DNA from: Camelus dromedarius
Taxonomy: Eukaryota
NCBI RefSeq assembly: GCF_036321535.1
Contig: NC_087436.1
Location: forward strand, 92,196,001-92,260,000
Length of the DNA: 64,000 nt
Direction of reading: 5' to 3'
The notes beneath the pieces are model-generated. The model was not told the DNA's origin. It did not search any database and saw only the letters and a program-made list of their open reading frames with translations. The stretch's first letter is position 1. Each line of letters opens with the position of its first letter. The position numbers and the translations under genes are program-made. Below are positions 63,230-64,000 of the stretch, piece after piece.

Positions 63230-64000
63230 CCAAAGGCAGGGCCAGAAGATGAAGGATTTTATACACCATGATAAGGACATTGAACTTATCCAAAGAGAAT
63301 AGGAGTTATTTGAGAGTTCAAAGTGAGAGAAATTCAATTTGCTTTTTAGACAAATGTCATGGAAACAGGCAAAAACAGAGGCAGGATGGCTAATTTGGAG
63401 GCAGCTGAATGATTATGAACTGACCCAAAAAGTAGCAGTTAGGGTGCAGATAAGAATAGACTTCAGAAATATTTAGAAGAAATATTTAAAAATATTTAGA
63501 CTTTAATTGTATACAAGAGATGAGGAAGAAGAATTTAAGAAAATTGTCCCAGTTTCGGCCACATAATGGTGGCACTATTCCCTAACATAGAAAGTACAGA
63601 GAACACAGCAAACAGGAGAGTGAAAGCTTACAGCTCTTTTGATACTGTAGGTAGGCTGAGATGCACTGGGATGTCCGAGATGTCCATCAGAAGTTGGATG
63701 TGCAGATCTGATGCTTTAGAGATAAAGCTAGGCCATGTGCCATGCTAAATGGTAACTGAAGTCATGAAAGAGAACAGGACCATGTGGGAGCAGATGAAGA
63801 ATAAGAAGAAAAAAAAGGCTCAGGCAAGAACCCTGAAGCACAACCACTCAAAGACAATCAAAAGTCTTAGAAGTCCAACCAGAAAGAAGAAAGTCAAGAA
63901 TGCAGGATACCATGGGAGCTAAAAGAATAGAATACTTCAAGAAAAGAGACATCAAAGTCAAAGGCTACAGTGAACTCAATCAACTTCAGAACTTAAACTG
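63230..64000 (-). mobile_element. L2 LINE fragment, running to the window end
   Basis: Purine-rich L2 antisense motifs: 'ttggaggcagctgaatgat', 'aatggtggcactattccctaacatag', 'aaatggtaactgaagtcatg', 'gaaccctgaagcacaacca'. Confidence 0.75.

Noticed and set aside
1..64000. ORFs in the supplied six-frame track as host genes
   Set aside because: All are short (60-161 aa), many use non-ATG starts, and most overlap repeats. The recognisable ones are L1 ORF1/ORF2 remnants. No coherent exon chain could be built.
1..64000. CRISPR array, operon or prokaryotic defence system
   Set aside because: The DNA is mammalian; there is no repeat-spacer array or gene-dense organisation.

Overview
Eukaryotic (placental mammal) genomic DNA: AT-rich, CpG-depleted and repeat-dense. 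The young LINE-1 3' ends are of the cetartiodactyl type. I see no Alu, B1/B2, Bov-tA/Bov-A2, PRE1, CHR-2 or Can-SINE copies, so a camelid is my best guess (inference). I cannot support any host protein-coding gene. The recognisable ORFs in the track are LINE-1 ORF1/ORF2 remnants, so the window looks intergenic or deep-intronic, possibly carrying lncRNA exons. It contains many L1, L2 and MIR fragments, about a dozen solo LTRs (ERV1, ERVL, MaLR; several with intact target-site duplications, TSDs), old DNA transposons (Tigger1-derived, MER3/5/20, Zaphod/MER115-like) and microsatellites. The most notable observations are: (1) a perfect 29-bp-arm, 8-nt-loop hairpin at 29170-29235 in apparently unique DNA, with a template-switch signature and pre-miRNA size; (2) a full-length U6 snRNA/L1-3' chimeric retrocopy with TSD at 37189-37545; (3) a second chimeric young-L1/old-L1 insertion with a TSD-like repeat; (4) an inverted templated segment inside an L2; (5) several tiny TSD-bounded L1-tail insertions; (6) a CpG-retaining, palindrome- and STAT-site-bearing segment near 50.6-51.6 kb. 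I found no convincing new multi-gene system. Repeat family names come from recall of consensus sequences and need RepeatMasker/Dfam confirmation; boundaries without a TSD are approximate.
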